This document shows positions 8,263 to 16,533 of a DNA stretch of 64,000 nt, one piece after another. The DNA lies in the IMG/VR virus record IMGVR_UViG_2788500396_000001, positions 859 through 64,858 of that record. The stretch is one strand, 5' to 3'. This stretch comes from a virus. Taxonomy: Duplodnaviria > Heunggongvirae > Uroviricota > Caudoviricetes. The notes beneath the pieces are model-generated. The model ran no database searches and was not told where the DNA came from. It saw nothing but the letters and a program-made list of their open reading frames with translations. A program made the translations under genes and the position numbers. Numbering within the stretch: the stretch's first letter is position 1; each line of letters begins with the position of its first letter.

Positions 8263-10443
8263 TCAAGTTTGTCCAGAAGCATATTGATAAAACAGCTCCC
8301 TCAAAGCAATGATGTTTTTTGGGCCAGGCAAATCTTTCCCAATGGTTTTATACCATCCATAAAAAAGATTCTCTTCTTTTGAGATCAAAGAAGAGGTGTA
8401 TTTGTAATAACCAAATTGGTTCACCGTGTCAACCACATTCCGCATGTGTTTCCACATATTATAGTAATGTAGTTTTAGCTTAACCATAAACCCATCAAAG
8501 TCTTCAAGCACAAATCCCTCGATGTAAGATCCTCTATACATATAGTCTGCCGCTGTCACTTCACTATACCAATCGCAGAATGACGGCCAGTCTGTGATAA
8601 TATATGCGAGGTGCTTGCATTCAAACTTCAGCATATTTGATACATAATCAACATCAAAGTATGGGTGCTTTTTAAATGTTGGATCATTTTCAACAATATC
8701 AAGCAAAACAAGTTTTTTGCTCTCATATCTGATAATATGAGGATCATTCTCAGGATCAATACACTCAAATACCAGAGTTACATTATTGTTTTTGAGATAT
8801 TCTTTAACTGCGTCAACATCCTGAACTTGTTGATAAAAAATCTCTCGTAAATTGTTTGCATATGGTCCAGTTGGGGTAGACTTGCTTGTGATGAATAAAT
8901 CACCTGTTTTATGGTCGTAAGATACGAGCCCCAAGAACCCATTTTCCTTGACGTATGCCATAACAGGGAATCTCAATACGTTCTTCAGCACGCCGAACTT
9001 GGTCTCTGATCTTTCGTTGATATTGAAAAATTTCTCGTATGCTCTTGCGACAACTTTATTGCTCTCAGTATCAATGAATAACCCACGAGCCTTTATGGTT
9101 TGCTCATCCCAAGCCCTATCATAGAATGCTTTCGGCGTAAAGTTAAATGAAGAGATATGGTCGAATCTTTTTTCCTGAATGTACTTGTTTTGTCTCATCG
9201 ACTCTACAAGTGAAGTAACATCAACGGCATCAACATTGTTCTTCTTTTTGATGTTTAGGTCTCTGAATACAGTGTTGCGGGTTTCGATTGTATGAAACCC
9301 AGATTCATCAAGCGTAACTACCCGCAAAGATCCACCGAACTCGACAGAATCTTCGAGGTCAAAACATCTCTTGGATAAATGCGTAGGCAACGATTTGGTG
9401 TTTCTGTGGCCAAAGACTTGATATACATTATCTGGCATTACTTCATCGAATGTTTTTGCAACAATCTCATAGTCATCGTACTGGCCAGTTCCTTTGATCA
9501 TCTCTTCTGTTGGAACGAGAGATAGATTTTCCGGAATTAAACTCAGGCCACCATGCGTCGCTAAAACAATCTTGTCATGAAAGCGATAATAAGCACATTG
9601 TGCAAATTTTCTGTATAAGATGCGAGCATCTTTTTCAGAAATTCCAGCATCAATTAACTCTTGCTTGGTTCTCTTTTCGAACTCTTGTGATTTTGCTGGC
9701 TTCCCTTTCCCGTAGCAGTAGATCCATCTCTCATGGTTTCCTTCCAAGAGAAGAACATTCGGCATTTCGAGTATGGAACAGAGAAATTTGACAACCTCTC
9801 CATTCTCCAGTCCTCGGTCAATATAGTCACCCGTGAAGATGTAAAACTCATCCGCATGAATTTCTCCCCCTAAATAGTTGTTTAAAACCGTATAGCAGCC
9901 ATGAATATCACCAATGTGGTGAATCTTCTTATATTGAGATAAGTCCATCGGCTTATACCAGATTGACTGCAGCTGATCAGGGGCAATAACCTTGATGCCG
10001 GATGGTATCTTCTGGGTGGCAAATCTGGAATAAATCCTCTCGATCACATCGTCTGGGACTTGCTTATACTGTGGACGCATAGCATTCTGTTTCTTGCATA
10101 CATCGATTGGAATGTTGGTCATATCAACAAGTACAATTCTGTACCGATACTCGCTGGCAAGCGTTTTGTACCGATTCATTTCTGATGTTTTTGAGTTTGT
10201 AGCATCGATAACGGTAAGCTCTCCTCGTTGCATCCGTGCTTCCAGTAACTGGAAAAGGATTTCCCAGACAGTTTTATCGTTACTTTGGCTGATGCCATAA
10301 GATCCATCTACTCCTAAGATAGGGCTTTGACACATCAGTCTAAGATCGTCTGCGGAAAGAGAATAGGGCTTTAAGCCATTATTCTCAATCCACGTAGTCT
10401 TGCCGCATCCAGGAGCACCGCGCAGTAAAATTAAAACTCTCAT
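8263..10443 (-). CDS. Pnkp-like RNA-repair enzyme: 5'-kinase + calcineurin-type 2',3'-phosphatase + ligase-like adenylyltransferase
   Basis: Three domains are read from the translation:
- N-terminal P-loop LLRGAPGCGKTTW.
- Central metallophosphoesterase motifs GDIHGC, GDYIDRG and EGNHE.
- C-terminal nucleotidyltransferase motif YVKENGFLG (KxNG).

This is the same domain order as bacterial Pnkp. The ATG at 10443 has a GAGGT RBS. Confidence 0.7.
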   Translation of the reverse strand: MRVLILLRGAPGCGKTTWIENNGLKPYSLSADDLRLMCQSPILGVDGSYGISQSNDKTVWEILFQLLEARMQRGELTVIDATNSKTSEMNRYKTLASEYRYRIVLVDMTNIPIDVCKKQNAMRPQYKQVPDDVIERIYSRFATQKIPSGIKVIAPDQLQSIWYKPMDLSQYKKIHHIGDIHGCYTVLNNYLGGEIHADEFYIFTGDYIDRGLENGEVVKFLCSILEMPNVLLLEGNHERWIYCYGKGKPAKSQEFEKRTKQELIDAGISEKDARILYRKFAQCAYYRFHDKIVLATHGGLSLIPENLSLVPTEEMIKGTGQYDDYEIVAKTFDEVMPDNVYQVFGHRNTKSLPTHLSKRCFDLEDSVEFGGSLRVVTLDESGFHTIETRNTVFRDLNIKKKNNVDAVDVTSLVESMRQNKYIQEKRFDHISSFNFTPKAFYDRAWDEQTIKARGLFIDTESNKVVARAYEKFFNINERSETKFGVLKNVLRFPVMAYVKENGFLGLVSYDHKTGDLFITSKSTPTGPYANNLREIFYQQVQDVDAVKEYLKNNNVTLVFECIDPENDPHIIRYESKKLVLLDIVENDPTFKKHPYFDVDYVSNMLKFECKHLAYIITDWPSFCDWYSEVTAADYMYRGSYIEGFVLEDFDGFMVKLKLHYYNMWKHMRNVVDTVNQFGYYKYTSSLISKEENLFYGWYKTIGKDLPGPKNIIALRELFYQYASGQT

Positions 10444-10453
10444 AGATACCTCA

Positions 10454-10732
10454 TTACATAAAACAAATAGCTGTAATCGGAGCGGCTTGATCATATTGTG
10501 CTAGATCATCTTTATCATACAGAGACTCATATCCTTCAACTTCCCAAATAAAACTGTTTGGGTCTGGATATTGTTCAGTGATTGGGGTTCTTGTTACAAT
10601 CATTTTTGAAGCTTCACCAAGATAATCTGCATAATCCGCTCTCACATATACCAGAGCATTGTCCGGGATATTAGAAGATAATATATTTTTTAAATCTCTG
10701 GCGCTAAACATTGTTACTTGTATACCTCTCAT
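10454..10732 (-). CDS. hypothetical protein
   Basis: 92 aa. ATG at 10732 preceded by AGAGG. Tightly packed between the vWA and Pnkp-like genes. Confidence 0.5.
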   Translation of the reverse strand: MRGIQVTMFSARDLKNILSSNIPDNALVYVRADYADYLGEASKMIVTRTPITEQYPDPNSFIWEVEGYESLYDKDDLAQYDQAAPITAICFM

Positions 10733-10735
10733 ATC

Positions 10736-11407
10736 TTAACTGATGGTGTTTGTCGTTGAATCCGACTGGCAGGAAGAAACATCGACGCTAAGATTATCGC
10801 CCCAGTTATCAGCAATGGTTCCAGTATTCCGATAACCCCTTACGCTGCACGAAAGAGTTCCATAAAGTGCTTCAGTTCCGATGCTAGTTTTGCTGTAGTT
10901 GGCTGCCATTTTGGCATCGATTCCAAGAGACACAGCCTCTGATACAGAATCAATGTCTGCACCAATGAACATAAACTCCCAACTATACTTAGTCCGCTGG
11001 TGTTCAATCATCTCTTTAATTTGCGATTTAGTAAAGCGATGGCTTGCATTTTCATATCCATCGGTAGTAATAATAAAGATGATTTTACCGGGTCGCTGAT
11101 CTTCAGGGGTATCAGAGAGGCGCTTTCCAACCTCGTTCATGGTGTCGCCAATTGCATCCAGCAACGCTGTACATCCTCCGGGGTTATAATCTGCTCCAGT
11201 CATCTGCTTAATTTCTCGCAGATCAACAGCCTCATACACATATGAGTGAGTATTGGCAAACTTCACGAGAGTAATGTTTGCATCACCTTCGTTGTTTTTT
11301 TGATCTTCAATAAACGAATTGAATCCTCCAATAGTGTCATTTTTCATAGAAAACATAGAGCCGCTTTCATCAACAAGAAAAATGATTTCAGTTAAGTTAG
11401 TATTCAT
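10736..11407 (-). CDS. von Willebrand factor A (vWA) domain protein
   Basis: MIDAS motif DESGSM, later TTDG. Start moved to the internal ATG at 11407 (MNTNLTEIIFLVDESGS). Confidence 0.65.
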   Translation of the reverse strand: MNTNLTEIIFLVDESGSMFSMKNDTIGGFNSFIEDQKNNEGDANITLVKFANTHSYVYEAVDLREIKQMTGADYNPGGCTALLDAIGDTMNEVGKRLSDTPEDQRPGKIIFIITTDGYENASHRFTKSQIKEMIEHQRTKYSWEFMFIGADIDSVSEAVSLGIDAKMAANYSKTSIGTEALYGTLSCSVRGYRNTGTIADNWGDNLSVDVSSCQSDSTTNTIS

Positions 11408-11427
11408 ATTTTTACCTTTCTTTTTTA

Positions 11428-11456
11428 TTGACTTAAAAATATGGTTATGATATGAT
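11428..11456 (+). promoter_or_regulatory. sigma70-like promoter (TTGACT-17-TATGAT)
   Basis: Near-consensus -35 and -10 boxes with 17-nt spacing, upstream of the plus-strand small gene. Confidence 0.55.
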
Positions 11457-11477
11457 TGCAAAAAGGAGGTGCTTAAA

Positions 11478-11681
11478 ATGGCACGGCAAGTGAGAAGTGT
11501 CGAAGAGCGTGTGGCTGCTCTCGACGAAAAGATCAACAAGAAAAAGGCTGAGATTGCAATTCTCGAAGAGAAGAAGCATCGCCTTCTTCATCCTGTATCT
11601 GCGAAATCAATTATTGATCAGGCTAAGCAGGCAGGAATGTCCCTTGAGGATATTGCAGAAAAGCTTGGTGTCGAGCTCTGA
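11478..11681 (+). CDS. small coiled-coil protein with C-terminal HTH-like helix (68 aa)
   Basis: RBS AAAGGAGGT lies 8 nt upstream of the ATG. This is a lone plus-strand gene with its own promoter and terminator. Confidence 0.5.
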   Translation: MARQVRSVEERVAALDEKINKKKAEIAILEEKKHRLLHPVSAKSIIDQAKQAGMSLEDIAEKLGVEL

Positions 11682-11688
11682 TCTTTGT

Positions 11689-11716
11689 GGCCGCCCTTTA
11701 TGGGCGGCTATTTTTT
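11689..11716 (+). terminator. intrinsic terminator GGCCGCCC-tttat-GGGCGGC + T7
   Basis: GC hairpin followed by tatttttt, immediately after the stop of 11478..11681. Confidence 0.7.
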
Positions 11717-12105
11717 ACTTTTTTAAACATTGGTACAATGGAATCTTCTAGCGGCCATCTGTGAGTCGAAATTGAACTTTGCGCAAATTCTTTCCTTACT
11801 GTATCGATGTACATGGTAAATTGCCCGTCATCGCCCATATAAAACTCATCCCCATTTTTGCAGATGTTGCGCTCTTTTAGGTCTAGTTGCTTAATGGCAA
11901 GGTTACATTGAGTTTCAACCCAACAAGTCTTCCCGTCAGTAAAATAGATCACATCGTCTTCGGTCTTTACAACCTCGTAGCTCGCATCCGGGAACCGCGT
12001 CTTAACAAGGCTCCACGCGGAAGACCAAGGGAGATAAGACATACCATTTTTCTTCTTGAGATATGGAGTGATGTCAATCTCAGACAATACAGTAAACGTA
12101 CTCAC
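11698..12105 (-). CDS. hypothetical protein
   Basis: 135 aa. GTG start with RBS GGAGGA 9 nt upstream. GTGA overlap with the upstream HD gene. Confidence 0.5.
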   Translation of the reverse strand: MSTFTVLSEIDITPYLKKKNGMSYLPWSSAWSLVKTRFPDASYEVVKTEDDVIYFTDGKTCWVETQCNLAIKQLDLKERNICKNGDEFYMGDDGQFTMYIDTVRKEFAQSSISTHRWPLEDSIVPMFKKVKNSRP

Positions 12106-12959
12106 TTTTGTAATTCCTCCAATTTGTTTTTAATGGTAACCGCAACTTCAACTGTTTTAATGGAATTCGGGTTTCGATTCCCTCCATTATTTTCAGAGAC
12201 GATACGATACACATCGTCTCGCGACACCCCAGATTCGATCAGCTTCTTGCAGATATCTACAATACATGCAATAGCCAATTCAAGGTTGCGATCCTTTTCT
12301 GGCTCGCTTGTTGACTGGTTATCATCCTCAGGCTCGTAGTAGTGGTCGCCAAAGTCAAAAATAAGATACTTCCGGCTTGCGAGGTAATCGGCCTGATGAA
12401 CAAATTTTTGCGCCGGAGTCTTTGGAATCGGCAAAATTGCCTTCTTGGATCTGTAGTCGGTGTTCCACTGACCCATATGTGATTCAATGCAACCACACAA
12501 AAAGTCGATTTGATCCTCTGGAAGTAATCGAGATAGCTCAGACTGCTTAATCCATGCTGCACATACAGAAGGATGTTCAGCAACAGTAAAACTTCCTGGC
12601 GTAGCATCAAGGCCATGCTTCCAGCCATCATGCAACATCAGAGCGACAAGCATCAAATCTTGCTGATCAGATGAATATGCTCGCTTGTACATATCAAGGC
12701 CAAGCAATTCATGAGCAATTTTTACGGCCGCTTTTGTGTGCCTGACGAGTCCTCCTGCGCCTAAAGCATAGCTCGGATGATACTTTCCTGTGGACGATGC
12801 CGCAACAGTAAAGAAGTAGTCCGGCAACATACTGACAGCTTTCATGGCAAACTGCTGGATGAGGGGGTTGCGAATCCAACTAATCTCTTCTTCAAATACG
12901 TTTTTGTTAATTATTGTCACCTCTTGCTTTTCTATTTTGGGTATAAAAAAACAGAACAA
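12102..12959 (-). CDS. HD-domain phosphohydrolase
   Basis: YHPSYALGAGGLVRHT ... LVALMLHDGWKHG gives the H...HD...D metal ligands. Start uncertain: the track gives TTG at 12959 and no clean ATG. Confidence 0.6.
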   Translation of the reverse strand: MFCFFIPKIEKQEVTIINKNVFEEEISWIRNPLIQQFAMKAVSMLPDYFFTVAASSTGKYHPSYALGAGGLVRHTKAAVKIAHELLGLDMYKRAYSSDQQDLMLVALMLHDGWKHGLDATPGSFTVAEHPSVCAAWIKQSELSRLLPEDQIDFLCGCIESHMGQWNTDYRSKKAILPIPKTPAQKFVHQADYLASRKYLIFDFGDHYYEPEDDNQSTSEPEKDRNLELAIACIVDICKKLIESGVSRDDVYRIVSENNGGNRNPNSIKTVEVAVTIKNKLEELQK

Positions 12960-13117
12960 ATGCGGCGGAAAGTTTCAGATTGTCTTTCATAAAAACAACT
13001 TAATACCAATACAAAAAGATGTTCAACAAGTCGTATATAAACGCCCCATAAGTTCTGGAATTTTATATTCAGTTGTGAAGTTATGCTTTTCGATATCACG
13101 CTCGTTTCAATATGTAA

Positions 13118-13205
13118 TGGCGGGCAGAGAGGGATTCGAACCCTCGGACCGTTTCCGGCCTACGGTTTTCAAGACCGTTGCCTTCGACCGCTCGGCCATC
13201 TGCCC
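13118..13205 (-). tRNA. trnS: tRNA-Ser (anticodon TGA), type II, encoded CCA
   Basis: The reverse complement folds as a cloverleaf with anticodon loop CTTGAAA, a long variable arm, the T-loop GTTCGAATC, discriminator G and CCA. Confidence 0.85.
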
Positions 13206-13290
13206 ATATAGTGGCTTGCTGACTACCAGCCTTGTGGGAACCCTTCGGCCAATCATAACAACGCCAAACCATACATCAAGGATTTCATAA

Positions 13291-13400
13291 AGCTTTAGGA
13301 CTTAACGCTTATTTCTTAAACTTTAGGATCAATTAAGCGTTGTTCTTTAACCGGCCAACGGCAGGCCAGATAAGCTTTGTTCTTTAAGCGTTGAGCTTTA
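13291..13400. repeat. iteron-like direct repeats (GTTCTTTAA[C/G]CG / AAGCGTT modules, 3 copies) between the tRNA-Ser gene and 13559..14209
   Basis: cttaacgcttatttcttaaac / aattaagcgttgttctttaacc / taagctttgttctttaagcgttgagcttta. Confidence 0.4.
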
Positions 13401-13558
13401 CAGCCATTGTTTATATAATTTTGCATTATACAGTCATCTGACTTTTTTGCACCCAAGCAAAAAGAATGATATCTTCTTTTATTAGTAACATTTTTGTAGA
13501 TATCAGAAACAAAAACGTGTTATGGTTCAAGGGTTTCGGTAGGCAGCAAGCACATCAA

Positions 13559-14209
13559 TTACATCACTTCATAAGAGAACTCAATCTCAGTGATCGCGTT
13601 AGACACAGACAGAGCCGCATCGACATCCGTCATAAAGGTAGACGTCTTCTCCTCCAGATCGTCGATCTTCTCACGAATCTTCAGAGGATCGATGAGATCG
13701 TAGGTGTTGTTCTCAATGTAGGTCTTCTTTGCCGCTTCAGCTTCCTCTCCGATGTTCTTGGCATCCTTGGAGCCATACATACCGAGGGCATACTCAGTCG
13801 CCTTGCGTTCGAGTTCATCACCATTACGGCGATCAATCTCGTTGGAAGCACTACGGAACTGGTGGCGCATCACATCCATCAGGTTGCGCTGATTGTCGAT
13901 GCCATGGTTCTTCATTTCGATGGCTTCAGCGACGGTATAGTCGATACCGCCGATAGTAACGATGGTACGAGCATTGGAAAGCACCACAGCCTTCTTCAGG
14001 GCGTTACGGCGGTTAATCAGAGTGATGACACTCTTATACGCAGAGCGAGCTGCATCTTCGTAAGCCGCGATCGTATCGCCCTTAATCTTCTTGTTGGAAT
14101 GCTTATTGGCACAGCAGAAATCTGCCTTCATGATCTGAGCCTCGATGCGAGAATCGATGGTCTTCAGTTCTGCCAAAGCGCGGTGAACAGTCATTTTCTC
14201 GGTGTTCAT
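13559..14209 (-). CDS. hypothetical protein (216 aa) with long structured leader
   Basis: The second ATG at 14209 sits 6 nt after AAAGGAGA. About 50% GC. Preceded by a roughly 390-nt GC-rich untranslated region. Confidence 0.5.
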   Translation of the reverse strand: MNTEKMTVHRALAELKTIDSRIEAQIMKADFCCANKHSNKKIKGDTIAAYEDAARSAYKSVITLINRRNALKKAVVLSNARTIVTIGGIDYTVAEAIEMKNHGIDNQRNLMDVMRHQFRSASNEIDRRNGDELERKATEYALGMYGSKDAKNIGEEAEAAKKTYIENNTYDLIDPLKIREKIDDLEEKTSTFMTDVDAALSVSNAITEIEFSYEVM

Positions 14210-14605
14210 AATCATTCTCCTTTAACTTTAAATTTTAAAATACAACCTGATTTCAGGATGATCTCACAATCATTGGAGCTAAATTACCATACAACCTTCT
14301 TGGTTGTTTCACTACTCAACGCCTAGACGCACCTTATTACCGTTCAGATTGTTTAAATACCGCTGAATCGTCTGCGTGTTGGTCTGCGTTGCCTCACCTT
14401 GCTATCCTCACCTTGATTCACAACCATTAGGGGATAGCTCCAATAATCACGGTACTCTTGCGCCCCTCCGCTGGATGTGTCAGCCGGAACCGTTCTACTT
14501 CTATTGTGGCAAGGGCGTGCCAAATCAATAATTGTTCAACTGACCGCGACCACTCCGCGCATCAGCAAGACCCGTTCGCTTTGATAGCATGTGGAATCAT
14601 ACATC

Positions 14606-14690
14606 TGGTAGGAGTGAGGGGATTCGAACCCCCAGGCCGTAAAGCCGCAGCATTTTAAGTGCTGTGCGTAGACCATTCCGCCACACTCCT
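14606..14690 (-). tRNA. trnL: tRNA-Leu (anticodon TAA), type II, encoded CCA
   Basis: Anticodon loop CTTAAAA, long variable arm, T-loop GGTTCGAATCC, discriminator A, CCA. Confidence 0.85.
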
Positions 14691-14705
14691 ATATGCGGTT
14701 TAAAG

Positions 14706-14790
14706 TGGTCCCGAACTCCGGACTCGAACCGGAACGCTTTGCAGCACTGGTACTTGAGACCAGCGTGTCTACCAATTCCACCAGTTCGGG
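14706..14790 (-). tRNA. trnL: tRNA-Leu (anticodon CAA), type II, encoded CCA
   Basis: Anticodon loop CTCAAGT, long variable arm, T-loop GGTTCGAGTCC, CCA. Confidence 0.85.
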
Positions 14791-14921
14791 GTATTGTCAG
14801 GCTCACCAGAATTGCACTGGAGCACTTATGTCATGTAGCAGATGACATAAGCGAGACCCTTACCTGACTTTGATCTTATATAGCTAGAAAGGAGGGCGGC
14901 AAAGAAACATCAAGTTGCCGC

Positions 14922-14996
14922 TGGTGATGCCAACGGGATTCGAACCCGTGCTACTGCCGTGAAAGGGCAGTGTCTTGACCACTTGACCATGGCACC
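14922..14996 (-). tRNA. trnE: tRNA-Glu (anticodon TTC)
   Basis: Anticodon loop CTTTCAC, T-loop GGTTCGAATCC, CCA. Confidence 0.85.
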
Positions 14997-14999
14997 ATA

Positions 15000-15075
15000 T
15001 GGTGGAGCTGACGGGACTCGAACCCGTGACCCCCTGCTTGCAAAGCAGGTGTTCTCCCATCTGAACTACAACCCC
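15000..15075 (-). tRNA. trnA: tRNA-Ala (anticodon TGC)
   Basis: Anticodon loop TTTGCAA, G3:U70 pair, T-loop GGTTCGAGTCC, CCA. Confidence 0.85.
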
Positions 15076-15076
15076 A

Positions 15077-15152
15077 TGGAGCTGGCGGCAGGAATTGAAC
15101 CCGCGACAATCGGCTTACGATGCCGGTGCTCTGCCTGCTGAGCTACGCCAGC
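15077..15152 (-). tRNA. trnT: tRNA-Thr (anticodon CGT)
   Basis: Anticodon loop ATCGTAA with one mismatch at the base of the anticodon stem. T-loop GGTTCAATTCC, CCA. Confidence 0.7.
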
Positions 15153-15186
15153 GAATTGGTGTGTTTGCAAAATCAATACACCACAT

Positions 15187-15705
15187 CTAATGTTTCCTTT
15201 TGCATGATAACAATCTATTGATTATCTCTTCTTTAGTCCGTTCTTTTAACGAAAAAATTTTACCTCCGGCTGTCACAACTCTCTTTTTATTTGGAGTATA
15301 TTCTTTCCATTGCGCCGATCCGGAAATTGTTCCATCAGATATACCGAAATTTTTTGCTGCTTCTTTAGCACTACCAAATATTTTATATAAAGTTCCGTCT
15401 AAATTATAGCAATAAACTTTTTTTGAAGTTTTTATCCCGGACCGACGCCCATTATCGCTATAGTTATTGTTGTAAGCAATTGTGCACCACTCCAAGTTCT
15501 CAACAAAGTTATTTGACTTATCCTCATCCTTGTGGTTGACGCATGGTAAGTTATAAGGGTTTGGAATGAACGCAAGCGCAACCGCCTTATGAGCAAGCAT
15601 ATTTTTTCGTTGGTGGTTTTTGAATAAGTTATATTGCTTATAACCGTCGGAAGTTAGGCTGTATTTTAAGGTTTTGTTGCTGTAAAAACTAAAAACTTCT
15701 CCATA
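15187..15705 (-). mobile_element. free-standing HNH (HNH_3) homing endonuclease with C-terminal NUMOD/IENR-like DNA-binding motif, inserted in the tRNA array
   Basis: DGYKQYNL...HKAVALAFIPNPYNLPCVNHKDEDKSNNFVENLEW, C-terminal IFGSAKEAAKNFGIS. The ORF extends upstream of the track start to the ATG at 15705 (MEKFLVFYSNKTLKYSLTSDGY...). Confidence 0.75.
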
Positions 15706-15801
15706 TTGGTTTACTTGATATAGTCCTTCATATCCAGGAATGTCCTTCCATAAATTTTCTTGATCTATACAATCACCCCGTTAATGTTATTTTTTTTAAT
15801 T

Positions 15802-15892
15802 TGGTGGAAGCATCCGGGGTCGAACCGGAATCAGCCTATTATCTGTAGCTACGGGGTATAAGCCCGCTGTTTTACCATTAAACTATGCTTCC
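15802..15892 (-). tRNA. type II (long variable arm) tRNA with apparent anticodon TAT (UAU), discriminator A, encoded CCA
   Basis: 88 nt plus CCA. Anticodon stem GCGGG/CCCGT with loop CTTATAC, a 21-nt variable region, T-arm TCCGG-TTCGACC-CCGGA, acceptor GGAAGCA/TGCTTCC. Confidence 0.6.
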
Positions 15893-15895
15893 AGT

Positions 15896-15971
15896 TGGTG
15901 CCCGCGAGGAGATTCGGACTCCTGACCCGTTGCTTAAAAGGCAACTGCTCTACCTGCTGAGCTACGCGAGC
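15896..15971 (-). tRNA. trnK: tRNA-Lys (anticodon TTT)
   Basis: Anticodon loop CTTTTAA, T-loop AGTCCGAATCT, CCA. Confidence 0.8.
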
Positions 15972-15974
15972 ATA

Positions 15975-16050
15975 TGGCAGGGATGAGAGGATTTGAACCT
16001 CCGGATACGTGAGTCAAAGTCACGGGCCTTAACCGCTTGGCTACACCCCT
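15975..16050 (-). tRNA. trnQ: tRNA-Gln (anticodon TTG)
   Basis: Anticodon loop CTTTGAC, T-loop GGTTCAAATCC, discriminator G, CCA. Confidence 0.8.
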
Positions 16051-16154
16051 GTATATTAGGAATAAGACGCATCTCATTCCTAAATCCCTGCGTCCGTAGA
16101 TCATCGTATGCATCCGACTGGCTTTTACAGAAATGTAAATTGCCAACAGGGCAA

Positions 16155-16245
16155 TGGCGGAACCATTCAGACTCGAACTGAAACACCTTTTTAGGCTACT
16201 GCGTGTTTAGCAAACACGTCCCTTACCAGTTAGGGTTATGGCTCC
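16155..16245 (-). tRNA. trnS: tRNA-Ser (anticodon GCT), type II
   Basis: Anticodon loop TTGCTAA, long variable arm, T-loop AGTTCGAGTCT, discriminator G, CCA. Confidence 0.8.
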
Positions 16246-16315
16246 GTGTAGGCCTTTCAATTCTGATGCAATGGCCTACGTTCGATTATTTTGGGAGTGA
16301 CGAACATTCTCCGCA

Positions 16316-16390
16316 TGGAGCACCAGACGGGACTCGAACCCGCAACATCATGCTTGGAGGGCATACGATCTACCATTGAACTACTGGTGC
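16316..16390 (-). tRNA. trnG: tRNA-Gly (anticodon TCC)
   Basis: Anticodon loop CCTCCAA, T-loop GGTTCGAGTCC, CCA. Confidence 0.85.
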
Positions 16391-16393
16391 ATA

Positions 16394-16469
16394 TGGTCTG
16401 AGTGGAGGGATTCGAACCCCCGGCCCCGTGAGCCCAGGTCACGTGCGCTACCAACTGCGCTACACCCAG
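16394..16469 (-). tRNA. trnP: tRNA-Pro (anticodon TGG)
   Basis: Anticodon loop CCTGGGC, T-loop GGTTCGAATCC, CCA. Confidence 0.85.
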
Positions 16470-16508
16470 ATGTAAAATAAGTTACACAATATATATCGAT
16501 GTCCTTAA

Positions 16509-16533
16509 GAATGACGCGCTATGCGCGTCATTC
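16509..16533. terminator. perfect 11-bp stem-loop GAATGACGCGC-tat-GCGCGTCATTC overlapping the stop of 16528..17751 (terminator-like, no strong U-run)
   Basis: Perfect inverted repeat at the gene's 3' end. Confidence 0.35.

Noticed and set aside
13466-14326. 286-aa plus-strand ORF 13466..14326
   Set aside because: It is antisense to the better-supported minus-strand gene 13559..14209 (RBS, packing). The translation is low-complexity.
16051-16154. Possible additional tRNA in the 104-nt gap between tRNA-Gln and tRNA-Ser(GCT), and hairpins at 16246-16315
   Set aside because: No T-loop (GTTCRANYC) or matched acceptor stem could be built. Only short simple hairpins were found.
12844-16454. ORFs overlapping the tRNA genes (12844..13290, 14458..14658, 14597..14806, 14664..14867, 14959..15141, 15934..16186, 15993..16181, 16257..16454)
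   Set aside because: They run through clear tRNA cloverleaf sequences, have no RBS, and produce tRNA-derived nonsense translations.
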